The notes beneath the pieces were generated by a model, which made no database searches, had not been told where the DNA came from, and saw only the letters and a list, made by a program, of their open reading frames with translations. This document shows, piece by piece, positions 41,730 to 52,925 of a DNA stretch of 64,000 bases (its first letter is position 1; each line of letters starts with the position of its first letter). The DNA lies in the NCBI GenBank assembly GCA_038883855.1, contig JAVZLH010000002.1, forward strand, positions 1 to 64,000. Reading direction: 5' to 3'. Source of the stretch: Candidatus Bathyarchaeia archaeon. GTDB taxonomy: Archaea > Thermoproteota > Bathyarchaeia > Bathyarchaeales > Bathycorpusculaceae. The translations under genes were made by a program, and so were the position numbers.

Positions 41730-41916
41730 CCCTTGACAACAGCAATATACTCAATACTCTCTAGACGCAATTATATCCAGAATAATCGATGCACGCAAGC
41801 AAAATCGAAATTTAAAACAGGCTAATTTTAGTGAAGAAACCTTTACTTTTTATTAGTAAAAAATTTTTTACGGAAAGAGTTTAATCTTTTTCCACTTAGG
41901 TATTTCATGATGAGTT

Positions 41917-42267
41917 ATGTCTGATTTCGAAGAGGACACCTATTCGGTTATCTTTTCTTCTTTGAAGCATCCGATTAGGCGCCGCATTCTTAGGATGCTG
42001 ACTAAGGGCCCATGTAGTTTTTCAGAATTACAGGAGGAGTTACGTATTGAGAGCAGCCATTTGACCTATCATTTAGAAAGTCTTAGGCATTTAATTATCA
42101 AAAATGATGATGGACGGTATACACTGTCTTCTTTTGGCGAAGCGGCAGTTTCCATGATGCATGATGTGGAGGAAGGCCCGATAAAAATTCCATTTCATGT
42201 CGCATTCAGTTATCGTGCTTTGCTTTCATTGGTGATGCTTGGTGGTTTTTGTATTTTCAGTTCATAG
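41917..42267 (+). CDS. ArsR-type winged-helix protein, probably C-terminally decayed
   Basis: EEDTYSVIFSSLKHPIRRRIL, SSHLTYHLESL and GRYTLSSFGEAA. Confidence 0.8.
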   Translation: MSDFEEDTYSVIFSSLKHPIRRRILRMLTKGPCSFSELQEELRIESSHLTYHLESLRHLIIKNDDGRYTLSSFGEAAVSMMHDVEEGPIKIPFHVAFSYRALLSLVMLGGFCIFSS

Positions 42268-42449
42268 CCATTGATCATCAATTTTTTCTTTTCTTCATGT
42301 TTTCATCTTTCATTTTTCTATTCTTTGGAGCAGTTTTTGTTGTTTCAGGCGGCTTCTGAAGCTCATGCGCGAAGGCGCAAGATATCCTGAACAGCGTTGC
42401 TCTCTTTTGCATAGCCGCCATATCAGTTGCTGCTTATTCACTTGCAACC

Positions 42450-43208
42450 TTGCCTAGAGGAGGTGTTAGACAGACCCATTATTGGGAACCGAAGAGTTTT
42501 TCGATAATCGCCACCAGATTTACTGGACCTGGCACTTATATGGGGAGCAATTATCCCCCTGAACAGATATATTCATCTGATTACGCAGTTGGGTACGTGG
42601 CTGCTTTTGCCAACTGGGATCCTAGTGGCTTATTGGTAATTTCTACCGATGAGCCTGTGAACTTGAACGGAACTTTGTATGCAGCTCTCGAATTTACCGC
42701 TGCGCCTGGAACTTTCAGGGAAATTAGATTTGCGCCTATCACATTCGTTAATAGCTCAACGGCTTTGGTGGATCTTAGCAGTTTATATTTCTGGGGCTGG
42801 GGCAGTGAGTTTGCGTACGGTGGACACCGAGTTAGGGTTGATTGGTATAAGATCGAGTTGTTGATTAGTTTGTGGCTTAACGGTGACGATTATGGAAGTG
42901 CCATTAACTTCACTTTAAAGCCAACTACTGGAATACTTGTGTATGATTTTATAGTGGATTCTACACTGCAGAATACGGCAGCTATTCTTCTATGCGGAAT
43001 TTTCGCCACCATTTACGGCTACGTACCTGCAAAAGCTTTGAAGCCTAGTTTTGACAGGAAAGTTATGCCTAAGCTGAACCGATTTTTACTTCGCGTATTT
43101 AAAGGGCAAGAGACCCGAAGAAGTTTTCTTAAGAAATGTGTTAATTGTGGCAAGAACATTCCGATTGCTTCTGAACAGTGTCCATACTGCAATGCAGAAC
43201 AGAAATGA
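42450..43208 (+). CDS. Membrane-anchored hypothetical protein with a C-terminal zinc ribbon (N-terminus uncertain)
   Basis: A beta-rich domain, a TM segment and KCVNCGKNIPIASEQCPYC. Hydrophobic codons continue upstream of the TTG. Confidence 0.6.
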   Translation: MPRGGVRQTHYWEPKSFSIIATRFTGPGTYMGSNYPPEQIYSSDYAVGYVAAFANWDPSGLLVISTDEPVNLNGTLYAALEFTAAPGTFREIRFAPITFVNSSTALVDLSSLYFWGWGSEFAYGGHRVRVDWYKIELLISLWLNGDDYGSAINFTLKPTTGILVYDFIVDSTLQNTAAILLCGIFATIYGYVPAKALKPSFDRKVMPKLNRFLLRVFKGQETRRSFLKKCVNCGKNIPIASEQCPYCNAEQK

Positions 43209-43414
43209 ACACCTAAAACCTTTACTTAAATAAGGGCTGGCGTATTGGCTGTACCCCAAAACAACGTAGCGAATTCTCCCATCAAATCCAATGAGTTTGT
43301 CGAGGACACGAGCATATTTTCGTTGTGATAACCCAACGTGATATATCTCTCGATGCAGCCCATAAAATATTAATTCATGTATGATTGATGGAAGGGTGAA
43401 GGATTGTGTTGACA

Positions 43415-44238
43415 ATGATTGATAAGTCTGAGGATAGGAATTTGGTGTTGTTCTTCTTGGTTGCTTTTGCATGGTCGTGGTTTTTCTGAACACCGCAGAT
43501 ATTGGGTTTTAACTTTTATGTGGCTCCATTTGGTCCATGTATGGCTGCTTTTCTACTTACCCATCTTCAAGAGTGTTATAGAGGAGTTAAGAGGTTGTTG
43601 GTAAAAGGGTTCGACCCAAGGATAAGAAAAGTCTGATATGTTCCTGCCTTTTTGTTATGGCCCATTATTGCAGGCTTTTCCATTTTGGGAGCGTCGTTGA
43701 CTGGGGGTCTACTCCTGAGCTGGTCACCCTGTTTCAGCCATGGCTAATTCTTTGGAATTTTATCTACATATTCTTTCTCGGCGGTCCTTTTCAAGAGGAG
43801 TTCGGATGGAGTGGTTACGCGCTTCCACGTCTCCAGGCGCGCTACTCGGCCCTTATCTCCAGCGTGGTTTTAGGAGTGATATGGGCTATTTGGCATCTAC
43901 CTTTGAACCTAATGTATTTTGCGGGTCCCCAATACCAAGTTGGACTTGCATGGCTGTCTAGCACAGTTATTCTGTTCATTTTCGTATCAATACCCTTCAC
44001 TTGGATATACAACAATACTGGCGGCAGCATCTTAACCGCTTTAATATTCCACACAATGCTTAACCTTTCAACCTATGTTATCTTCCCAGTCTTTGAAACA
44101 GAAAACGGCCCAGCCTACTACTTCTTCTTAATAATCTTTGTTGCCATAATTATTTTAGCGATCTTTGGAACAAAAAGAATGGTTCGAGATAAAAACCAAG
44201 TTAAAACTGAAATCAATAGTCGTGATAATTTTGGATAG
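43415..44238 (+). pseudogene. CPBP (CAAX protease-like) intramembrane metalloprotease pseudogene
   Basis: MIDKSEDRNLVLFFLVAFAWSWFF*...RKV*YVP has in-frame TGA at 43487 and 43634. A shift near 43705 leads into QEEFGWSGYALP, WAIWHLP and IFHTMLN. Confidence 0.85.
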
Positions 44239-44787
44239 GTTCATTATTTACTATTTCAGCTTGGTTTTGTTAATTGGCGGTTTGGCCTACGCTCCGTGGG
44301 TTTTGGCTTCGTATGGCATGTTTCCTTCCGAGCCCGTTTTTGTTTTTGTGATTGTTGGTGGTGTCTCTCCAACGATTGCCGGCTTATAATGGCCAAACTT
44401 GAATTTGGGGGAGGAGCAGCAGAATATTTGTTCGGTCAGTTTGGTCGTAAGGGCTTTTCAAAATTATGGTTTTTAGTGGCTGTTTTTGTTCCTTTGGTTC
44501 TTGCAGTCTTTGTAGTCTTGTTACGGTCTATAGTTGGAGGAACATATGCTCTGGACTTGATGAAGCTGATTGAGTTTCCGCCGATTCTAATTGTAAGCTT
44601 CTTGACGAACATGTGGGAAGAAATAGGATGGAGAGGCTATGCTTTACCTGCACTGCAAAAGAAACACGATGCGCTAATTTCGAGCCTAATTGTTGGGGTG
44701 TTTTGGGCATTCTGGCACTGGCCACATTTTGCAGTCAAAGATAGCGCCATGGCAGTTAACTATCATAATAATTATTTTTGCATTTAA
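44231..44787 (+). pseudogene. Second CPBP family protease, frameshifted and truncated
   Basis: LDRFIIYYF...GGVSPTIAGL, a shift near 44386, then WEEIGWRGYALP and WAFWHWP. The C-terminal H..N motif is missing. Confidence 0.8.
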
Positions 44788-44967
44788 ATCGGATTCTCTA
44801 TCCAGGAAAAAGAGCAATACTCCACTAACGGCTAAACTGGCACGATACTTAAATTTCATGATGCAAGTGAATTTTAAAAGTTCTTTTAACGATGAATAAA
44901 AAGAAGCAATAAACTCGTGAGGATATGGCAAAGCTAAAATGAACTTAGTTTAAGGAAACAACACAGA

Positions 44968-44998
44968 TTGAAAAAAGTAAAAAGGAAAGAAATAGGAA
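44968..44998 (-). terminator. Pyrimidine/oligo-T tract after the small ORF
   Basis: The minus strand reads TCCTATTTCTTTCCTTTTTACTTTTTTCAA, typical of archaeal oligo-T terminators. Confidence 0.5.
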
Positions 44999-45015
44999 TG
45001 GTAAGGGTGGATTAC

Positions 45016-45069
45016 TTACGGTGGTCCTCGATCGGTTATTTTGTATCTGAGCACTTTTTCCATTATCAT
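45016..45069 (-). CDS. Unannotated 17-aa peptide MIMEKVLRYKITDRGPP
   Basis: GGAGGTGA SD (45075-45082) lies 5 nt before the ATG, with a TATA box upstream (45122-45129) and an oligo-T tract downstream. Confidence 0.65.
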   Translation of the reverse strand: MIMEKVLRYKITDRGPP

Positions 45070-45086
45070 ACAGATCACCTCCATTA

Positions 45087-45175
45087 TTCTCGTTTTTTCA
45101 TTTTTATAATGTGAGAAAAAGATATATAAGTTTTTCGCATTGTAACAAAATTTTAAAACGAGAAAAATTTATAAA
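45087..45175. promoter_or_regulatory. Palindromic bidirectional promoter/operator
   Basis: TTCTCGTTTT (45087-96) and AAAACGAGAA (45155-64) form a perfect inverted repeat centred on TATATA (45123-28). There is an inner inverted repeat at 45105-45118/45131-45144 (11/14 match) and a second TATA, TTTATAAA, at 45168-45175. Confidence 0.65.
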
Positions 45176-45215
45176 CCACACCTACAAGTAGCATAATAAA
45201 GTGTGGTGATTAAAA

Positions 45216-45599
45216 ATGATCAACAAGGGATATTCGATCGAGATCAAATCTGAGAGTAAAACAGTTGAAGTTAACTTCACTTCAGCCATTAGCTTTGATA
45301 TGGTAGAGGAGGCACTAAACCAGTTAAGAAAGTATATTGCAGAGGATTATCGAATTAAGTTGATAGGCTACATTAATAGGGAATACAACTATCTTAGAGC
45401 CTTCATGCTGGCTCTTTCACTTTTTGGTAATGAGAGTCGTGTAATTTTTGTGAATAAAGCAAGATTCAATAGGGCTGAAAGAAGGCTAAAAAAGAGACAA
45501 ATGCAAGAGCTGAGGAGCAAGGGCTATAATGTTAAACAAATATCCGAGGAATTGGGTGTACCTTTGAAAACAATCTATAGATGGCTTATGGAGAGATGA
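45216..45599 (+). CDS. Protein with a C-terminal helix-turn-helix (resolvase/HTH_23-like) and an unassigned N-terminal alpha/beta domain
   Basis: LRSKGYNVKQISEELGVPLKTIYRWL; GGTGA SD before the ATG. Confidence 0.8.
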   Translation: MINKGYSIEIKSESKTVEVNFTSAISFDMVEEALNQLRKYIAEDYRIKLIGYINREYNYLRAFMLALSLFGNESRVIFVNKARFNRAERRLKKRQMQELRSKGYNVKQISEELGVPLKTIYRWLMER

Positions 45600-45617
45600 C
45601 GATAATGTCAAAAGTTG

Positions 45618-45907
45618 CTAAACAAGGAGAACTGATATTATTCCACTTAGGAAAATACCGTCAAAGTTCCGGTTCCGCCCGATACTTGCTATTCTAGCAC
45701 CTATCTCCGGAATTTTGTGCAAGTTTGATATATCTGCGCCGATTAAAGTGCCGAATACTCCAGAAGCGTATGCTATAATTGCTGGTGCGCCTGAAGGTAA
45801 AAGGTACGCCATATAAGCCGCTGTTAACGGCGGGACAAAGGCTGGTGTAACAATTCCTAAACCCTTAACAGGTTTGGCAACAAGGTGCGTAACTAATGCC
45901 AAAATCC
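45618..45907 (-). pseudogene. DUF1614 family membrane protein, C-terminal fragment
   Basis: AKPVKGLGIVTPAFVPP, AYASGVFGTLIGADI and ASIG..FDGIFLSGI. The N-terminal half is absent and the Gly-rich motif is garbled. Confidence 0.75.
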
Positions 45908-46095
45908 TCAAAGAACCAGCTTCTGAAGAACGGAAAACGTCTCCTCCTAAACCATTCAGGGAACTCCTCATCAAAAGACATCTTTCTAATTCCTTAATAT
46001 AAAAAGGAGCCCTACCTTATAAAATTTTGTACTAAGGAAGAAAATATGGAAACTTTTAACAGCAGAACCAATAGGGTTAAATCGCATAAAATTAA

Positions 46096-48330
<2,235 letters not shown>

Positions 48331-48555
48331 AACGCGATAATCCTTCAAAAATTTAAAAATAATGCTGATTTGTGATTAAGCGCTTTACACGAAAATTTCA
48401 GCGAGTTTTTCTTTATAGATTTCGGCTTCTTTATCAAAACTCTTTTAATTGCAGAGCGAATTTTGGTCCATATTATTTTGTCCCGTTTTTGTCTAAAAAA
48501 TGCTAAGTGACTTATTGCTGCTTTTCGGCTGGACTACTTTTAATCCAATCCTCTC

Positions 48556-48938
48556 AGGCTGTTGCATGTCCACAGTGCGGCTCAACTAAAATCATATATG
48601 ATGGAAAAAGGTATTATAAGCAAACAATTATTCAGCGCTACCTTTGCAAAAACTGTTACCCAAAACTAAAACAAATTCATTTGCACATGTTTCACCATTG
48701 GAAAGCCACAATGGAATATCACCGCGCAAAAACATAAAATGGGCCCAACAACTTCTGGGACACAAGAAACTTGAAAACACAGACTTTTACACGCAGCTAA
48801 TAAACTTTGAAAGCGACGAATGGCACGTGGCCACAGCCCACAATCATATAAGAAGAAAAGAAGCTAATTGAGGCATGTTTTAAATTTGTCCGTTACAGTG
48901 AAAAAGACGAAGTGGCTATATACTGCAAAAGAAAATAA
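48556..48938 (+). mobile_element. Tyrosine recombinase/integrase remnant (internal deletion, frameshifts) abutting tRNA-Val
   Basis: An N-terminal CPQCGS...QRYLCKNC zinc ribbon joins directly to IHLHMFHHWKATMEYH / QQLLGHKKLENTDFYTQL (degenerate H-x-x-R, LGH, catalytic Y) and a KRK* end. Confidence 0.8.
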
Positions 48939-48970
48939 AATATTCAAGCTCCGCAGTAGACTAGTTCAGT

Positions 48971-49045
48971 GGGCCGGTAGTCTAGCTCGGTTAGGACATC
49001 CGCTTGACGTGCGGAAGGTCACCGGTTCAAATCCGGTCCGGCCCA
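48971..49045 (+). tRNA. tRNA-Val(GAC), no intron
   Basis: GGGCCGG-TA-GTCT-AGCTCGGTTA-GGAC-A-TCCGC-TTGACGT-GCGGA-AGGTC-ACCGG-TTCAAAT-CCGGT-CCGGCCC-A. Confidence 0.96.
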
Positions 49046-49693
49046 CTTAAATTTTTAAGTGAATCCTTAAAGAAGCCAAAGTGGAAGCCTTTAAAAGCAT
49101 GGCTAAAAGCCTCCTGTAAGGTATTAATACTTCAAATACTTCTCTTTAAAATGCTTAAGCATGCTCTAGCTCTGCTTGTAAAACATCCATAGGCGGAGCG
49201 TTGCTTGAAACGGAGACTTGGTCTCAACAGAGAAGTCAATTACATCGCGAACATCGCCAACGCTTCGCTTGCCGAAACTACTTCATAGGGTATGAGCGCT
49301 TTTCTACTAATCGAGAAAGAAGCCAAAATTAACAATTTTCATGAAAAGCAGATTCCAAAACTAGTTTCTGCGCGTGGGTAAATTAGCACAATGCGCTCGA
49401 AAAACACATGCACACTACAGTGCGGGAGAAGCAAAGCATACACTTAAACAATTACATGTAAAACCTCCAAGAAATCAATCCGCAAAAACAGGAAAAAGGG
49501 AAAATGGAAAGTCCCAGCTAAAAGTATAGGTTACCGCTTGGGCAATGTTTTCTCCTTTGTTACCCTAATCCATCTGGTTAACGATGTCTAAGAGAAGAAC
49601 TATATGTTGTAAACGTATTGGTTAAAGGCTAAACTTTGGTTTGAGGATTAAAAGGTTTTATAAGTCATTGGGAGAATTCTCTTGTGATGGCGT

Positions 49694-50677
49694 ATGACTA
49701 AGTCTGTTGAGATTTCTAGGTTGGAGATTGAGATATTGAGGATTTTGAGCGAGTCAGCTGAGCCCATCGGGTCGAGGTTGCTTCAGCGGGAATTGGAGAA
49801 GAGGGGCTTCTTTCTGAGCGAGAGGACTGTGAGGTATCATCTTCAATTGTTGGAGTTGAAGGGTTTGGTTGCTGGGCATGAGCGAAGCGGGAGAACTCTG
49901 ACTAGTCAGGGGTTGGAGGAGCTTAGCGGAGCTTTGGTTTCTCAAAGGGTCGGCTTTGTTATCACCCGTTTCTTGTCGATGGCTTGTTCCGTTACTTATG
50001 ATTATATCGCTGATTCTGGGATGGTTGTTGCGAATGTTTCCATCGTAGATAAGTCTTTTCATGAGAAAATGATGAATATAGTAAAGGATTTGCATGTTGC
50101 GAATTTGCTTTTGGCTCCTTGCATTAAGATTTTAGATGAGAATGAAGAGTATCAGAACATTGTTGTTCCAGAGGGAAAGATTGCTCTTTTCACAATTTGC
50201 GATCTAACCGTGGACGGGGTGCTTATCCGCTCTGGGATCCCTTTATTTTTTAAGTATGGTGGTTTGGTTCAGATGGTGAATGGTAAACCTTTACGTTTTG
50301 TTGATATGATATCCTATGAGGGGACAACGATTTCTCCGCTTGAGCTTTTCGTTAGAAGCAATCTAACTTCGGTTTTGAAGGTTATTAAAACCGGATCAGG
50401 GGTTTTGCCTGTAGGTATGAGGGAGATTGTGAATGAAGCCAGGGAGAGAACATTTAAAATTGTTTCAACGTTGAAGGATAGGAAGTGGGGAGGCGTTTTG
50501 GCTTTGGGCGTTCCAAACGAGCCTGTGCTCGGCGTGCCAGTATCCATGGACAGGTTTGGGTTATGTATGGTTGGCGGCCTTGCTCTGGCAGCAGCTCTCT
50601 TGGAGGGGGGAGCGGACATTGAAACTTTTGCTTCTTACTGTTTAGTTCCCATCGAGGAAATGAAAAGGATAGGCTGA
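49694..50677 (+). CDS. nrpR: NrpR-family nitrogen repressor (wHTH plus a single NRD)
   Basis: EILRIL..S.EPIGS, LSERTVRYHL, RVGFV, TICDLTVDGVL, ISYEGTTISPLELF and VGGL. Sits at the edge of a GS/GOGAT cluster. Confidence 0.88.
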   Translation: MTKSVEISRLEIEILRILSESAEPIGSRLLQRELEKRGFFLSERTVRYHLQLLELKGLVAGHERSGRTLTSQGLEELSGALVSQRVGFVITRFLSMACSVTYDYIADSGMVVANVSIVDKSFHEKMMNIVKDLHVANLLLAPCIKILDENEEYQNIVVPEGKIALFTICDLTVDGVLIRSGIPLFFKYGGLVQMVNGKPLRFVDMISYEGTTISPLELFVRSNLTSVLKVIKTGSGVLPVGMREIVNEARERTFKIVSTLKDRKWGGVLALGVPNEPVLGVPVSMDRFGLCMVGGLALAAALLEGGADIETFASYCLVPIEEMKRIG

Positions 50678-50712
50678 TTAATTATAAAAATAAGAATGAA
50701 ACTGGGCTATGT

Positions 50713-52098
50713 TTAATGTCTTAAAATGTATGCATTTATTGATTGTGCTGCTCTTTTTCCTGCTTCTATGGCTTTTATGACCGATGCTGCCCCGCTTACC
50801 ACGTCGCCGCCTGCGAAAATTCCGTTTGACACTTCTAGGGTTTCTTGGTTTACGGTTATTGTTTTGCTCTTTTCTGCAATTTTAATGCTCCGCGTGGTGT
50901 TTGCTGCTGCGATTGTGTTAGGTATATGTTCCGTTGCAATGATGACTGTTTCTGCGCTGTAGAGGAATTCTGAGCCTGGTTCTGGAATTAGCTTTGGTTT
51001 ACCTGTTCTGTCTGGTTGTCCCGGCTTTAACTTTACGAGTTCTACGAGTTTTACCCATTGTTTCTCATCGCCTATAAGCCTGACAGGCTTTGTGGATTGT
51101 TGCAGTTTTACGCCCTCTTCTAACCCTCGCCTTATGTCGTCGGCCCTACCGACAACTTTCCTCTGGTAGAATATACAAGCTTCCTCGGCTCCAAGCCTGA
51201 GAGCAGACCTTGCAGCATCCATCCCCCTTGCGCCCAGTATTGCAACTCTACCTCTAACCTTTATTGGAGTTTTACTTTTGTGGGGGAATAGGCCTGCTTT
51301 CATTAGATTTATTCTCAGTAGGAATTCGTTTAGGGAGTAGACACCGCATAAGTTCTCTCCTGGAATGCCTAAAAGCTTAGGTAAGCCTGCTCCAGTGCCT
51401 AGGAAAACAGCTTTGAAGCCCTCGTCGAAGAGGTCATCTATTGTGAGCGTCTTGCCCACAATAACGTTTGTTTTTATTTCAACTCCAAGCTTTTTAACAT
51501 AATCAATTTCTTTTTTAACAACTTTCTTTGGAAGGCGAAACTCAGGTATGCCGTAGATTAGGACGCCGCCTGGCTCATGCAGTGCCTCAAAAACGACTAC
51601 ATGGTGTCCCTTTTTCGCCAATTCTGTAGCCACGCTTAAACCTGCAGGTCCGCTTCCCACAACAGCCACGCTTTTCCCTGTTGACGGCGATGTTTCAGGA
51701 AGAGCCGCTCCAGTTTCTAATTCCCGATCGGCAACGAACCTTTCGAGGGCTCCTATGTTTATTGGGTCGCCTATGGTGTTTTTGCATCCCATGGCACATA
51801 AGGCTTCTTGTGGGCATACCCTTCCGCAGACTGATGGCATACAGTTTCTCTGCCGGATTTTTTCAGCTGCTTCCCGATAATTGCCTAGTCTGATGAGTTT
51901 TATAAATTCTGGTATGTCAACGTGTAGTGGACACATTTCCACACATAGGGGGCGTGTGCATTGGAGGCATCTTGCAGCTTCGGCTAAAGCCTGCTCTTCA
52001 GAGTACCCTAAAGCCACTTCATCAAAAGTTTTCAAACGCTCTTCAACTGGCAGCTCCGGCATCCTAACTTGTTTTAGTCTAAATTCTAGCTTTTGCAT
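50713..52098 (-). CDS. SudA/NfnB (GltD-like) FAD/Fe-S oxidoreductase
   Basis: RCLQC..LCVEMCP, CGRVCPQE..C...C, GSGPAGL, YGIPEFRLP and FAGGDVVSG. Confidence 0.9.
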   Translation of the reverse strand: MQKLEFRLKQVRMPELPVEERLKTFDEVALGYSEEQALAEAARCLQCTRPLCVEMCPLHVDIPEFIKLIRLGNYREAAEKIRQRNCMPSVCGRVCPQEALCAMGCKNTIGDPINIGALERFVADRELETGAALPETSPSTGKSVAVVGSGPAGLSVATELAKKGHHVVVFEALHEPGGVLIYGIPEFRLPKKVVKKEIDYVKKLGVEIKTNVIVGKTLTIDDLFDEGFKAVFLGTGAGLPKLLGIPGENLCGVYSLNEFLLRINLMKAGLFPHKSKTPIKVRGRVAILGARGMDAARSALRLGAEEACIFYQRKVVGRADDIRRGLEEGVKLQQSTKPVRLIGDEKQWVKLVELVKLKPGQPDRTGKPKLIPEPGSEFLYSAETVIIATEHIPNTIAAANTTRSIKIAEKSKTITVNQETLEVSNGIFAGGDVVSGAASVIKAIEAGKRAAQSINAYILRH

Positions 52099-52925
52099 CT
52101 ACATTCACCTGTTATTTTTAGGGCGACTCTTTCTTCCTCGTCATACATGTGGATTCTGGCTCTGAACTCCTCAAAGTCCACTAGATGAGCGTCAAAGTCT
52201 GGGCCGTCGACGCATGCAAACATGGGTTTACCGCCAACTGTTACACGGCAACATCCACACATCCCTGTTCCGTCGACCATTAAGGCGTTTAGGCTGACGA
52301 TTGTTTTAATCTTATAGGGTTTAGTTGTCTCTGAAATTGACCTCATTAGAGTTGCCGCCCCCACGGCATAAACTAAATCAAACTTTTCCCCAGATTCCAG
52401 TAGGCTTTTTAGAACATCGCTAGCATAGCCCTTCACCCCTTCCGAGCCGTCATCGGTGACAACGTAGAGTTTGTCGCTTACCCCTTTAAGCTGGTCTTTG
52501 AAGATTAACTGTTTAGCTGTTCTGGCGCTGATTATGGCTGTCACGTTGTTGCCTACCTCCTTCATTTTCTTAGCCCTCTCGTAGGCTGCTGCAATGGCAA
52601 CTCCTCTACCGATTACACACGCTTTGCTGTGGATGGTGATTTCGCTTGGTTTTCCCAATGGTCCCACCAGATCGTGGATGACGTCTCCAACTTCTAGTTT
52701 TCCAAGCTCCTTCGTGGACGCCCCAGCCTCCTTAAACACTAGGGTTATTATGCCTTCCTTAGGATCCCAGTCTATCAGGGTTAAGGGGATTCTTTCACCA
52801 TCCTCATCCACCCTTAAAATTACGAATTGCCCTGATCTTGCCTTTCTCGCGATCAATGGCGCCCGCACTTTTATGAGCTTAACCTCTGGAGCCAACTCTT
52901 CCTTAAAGACTATTTCATTCGCCAT
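52086..52925 (-). CDS. SudB/NfnA FAD/[2Fe-2S] subunit
   Basis: GQFVILR...ERIPLT, GPLG, TDDGS, MVDGTGMCGCCRV and CVDGPDFD. Confidence 0.92.
   Translation of the reverse strand: MANEIVFKEELAPEVKLIKVRAPLIARKARSGQFVILRVDEDGERIPLTLIDWDPKEGIITLVFKEAGASTKELGKLEVGDVIHDLVGPLGKPSEITIHSKACVIGRGVAIAAAYERAKKMKEVGNNVTAIISARTAKQLIFKDQLKGVSDKLYVVTDDGSEGVKGYASDVLKSLLESGEKFDLVYAVGAATLMRSISETTKPYKIKTIVSLNALMVDGTGMCGCCRVTVGGKPMFACVDGPDFDAHLVDFEEFRARIHMYDEEERVALKITGECRCKS

Noticed and set aside
43487-43636. Two in-frame TGA codons at Trp-like positions, suggesting TGA recoding
   Set aside because: Many intact genes here end in TGA and use TGG for Trp, and the same gene also has a frameshift, so nonsense mutation is simpler.
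49046-49520. Region between tRNA-Val and nrpR, considered as an att site or ncRNA
   Set aside because: No copy of the tRNA 3' end and no coherent ORF or structure was visible.
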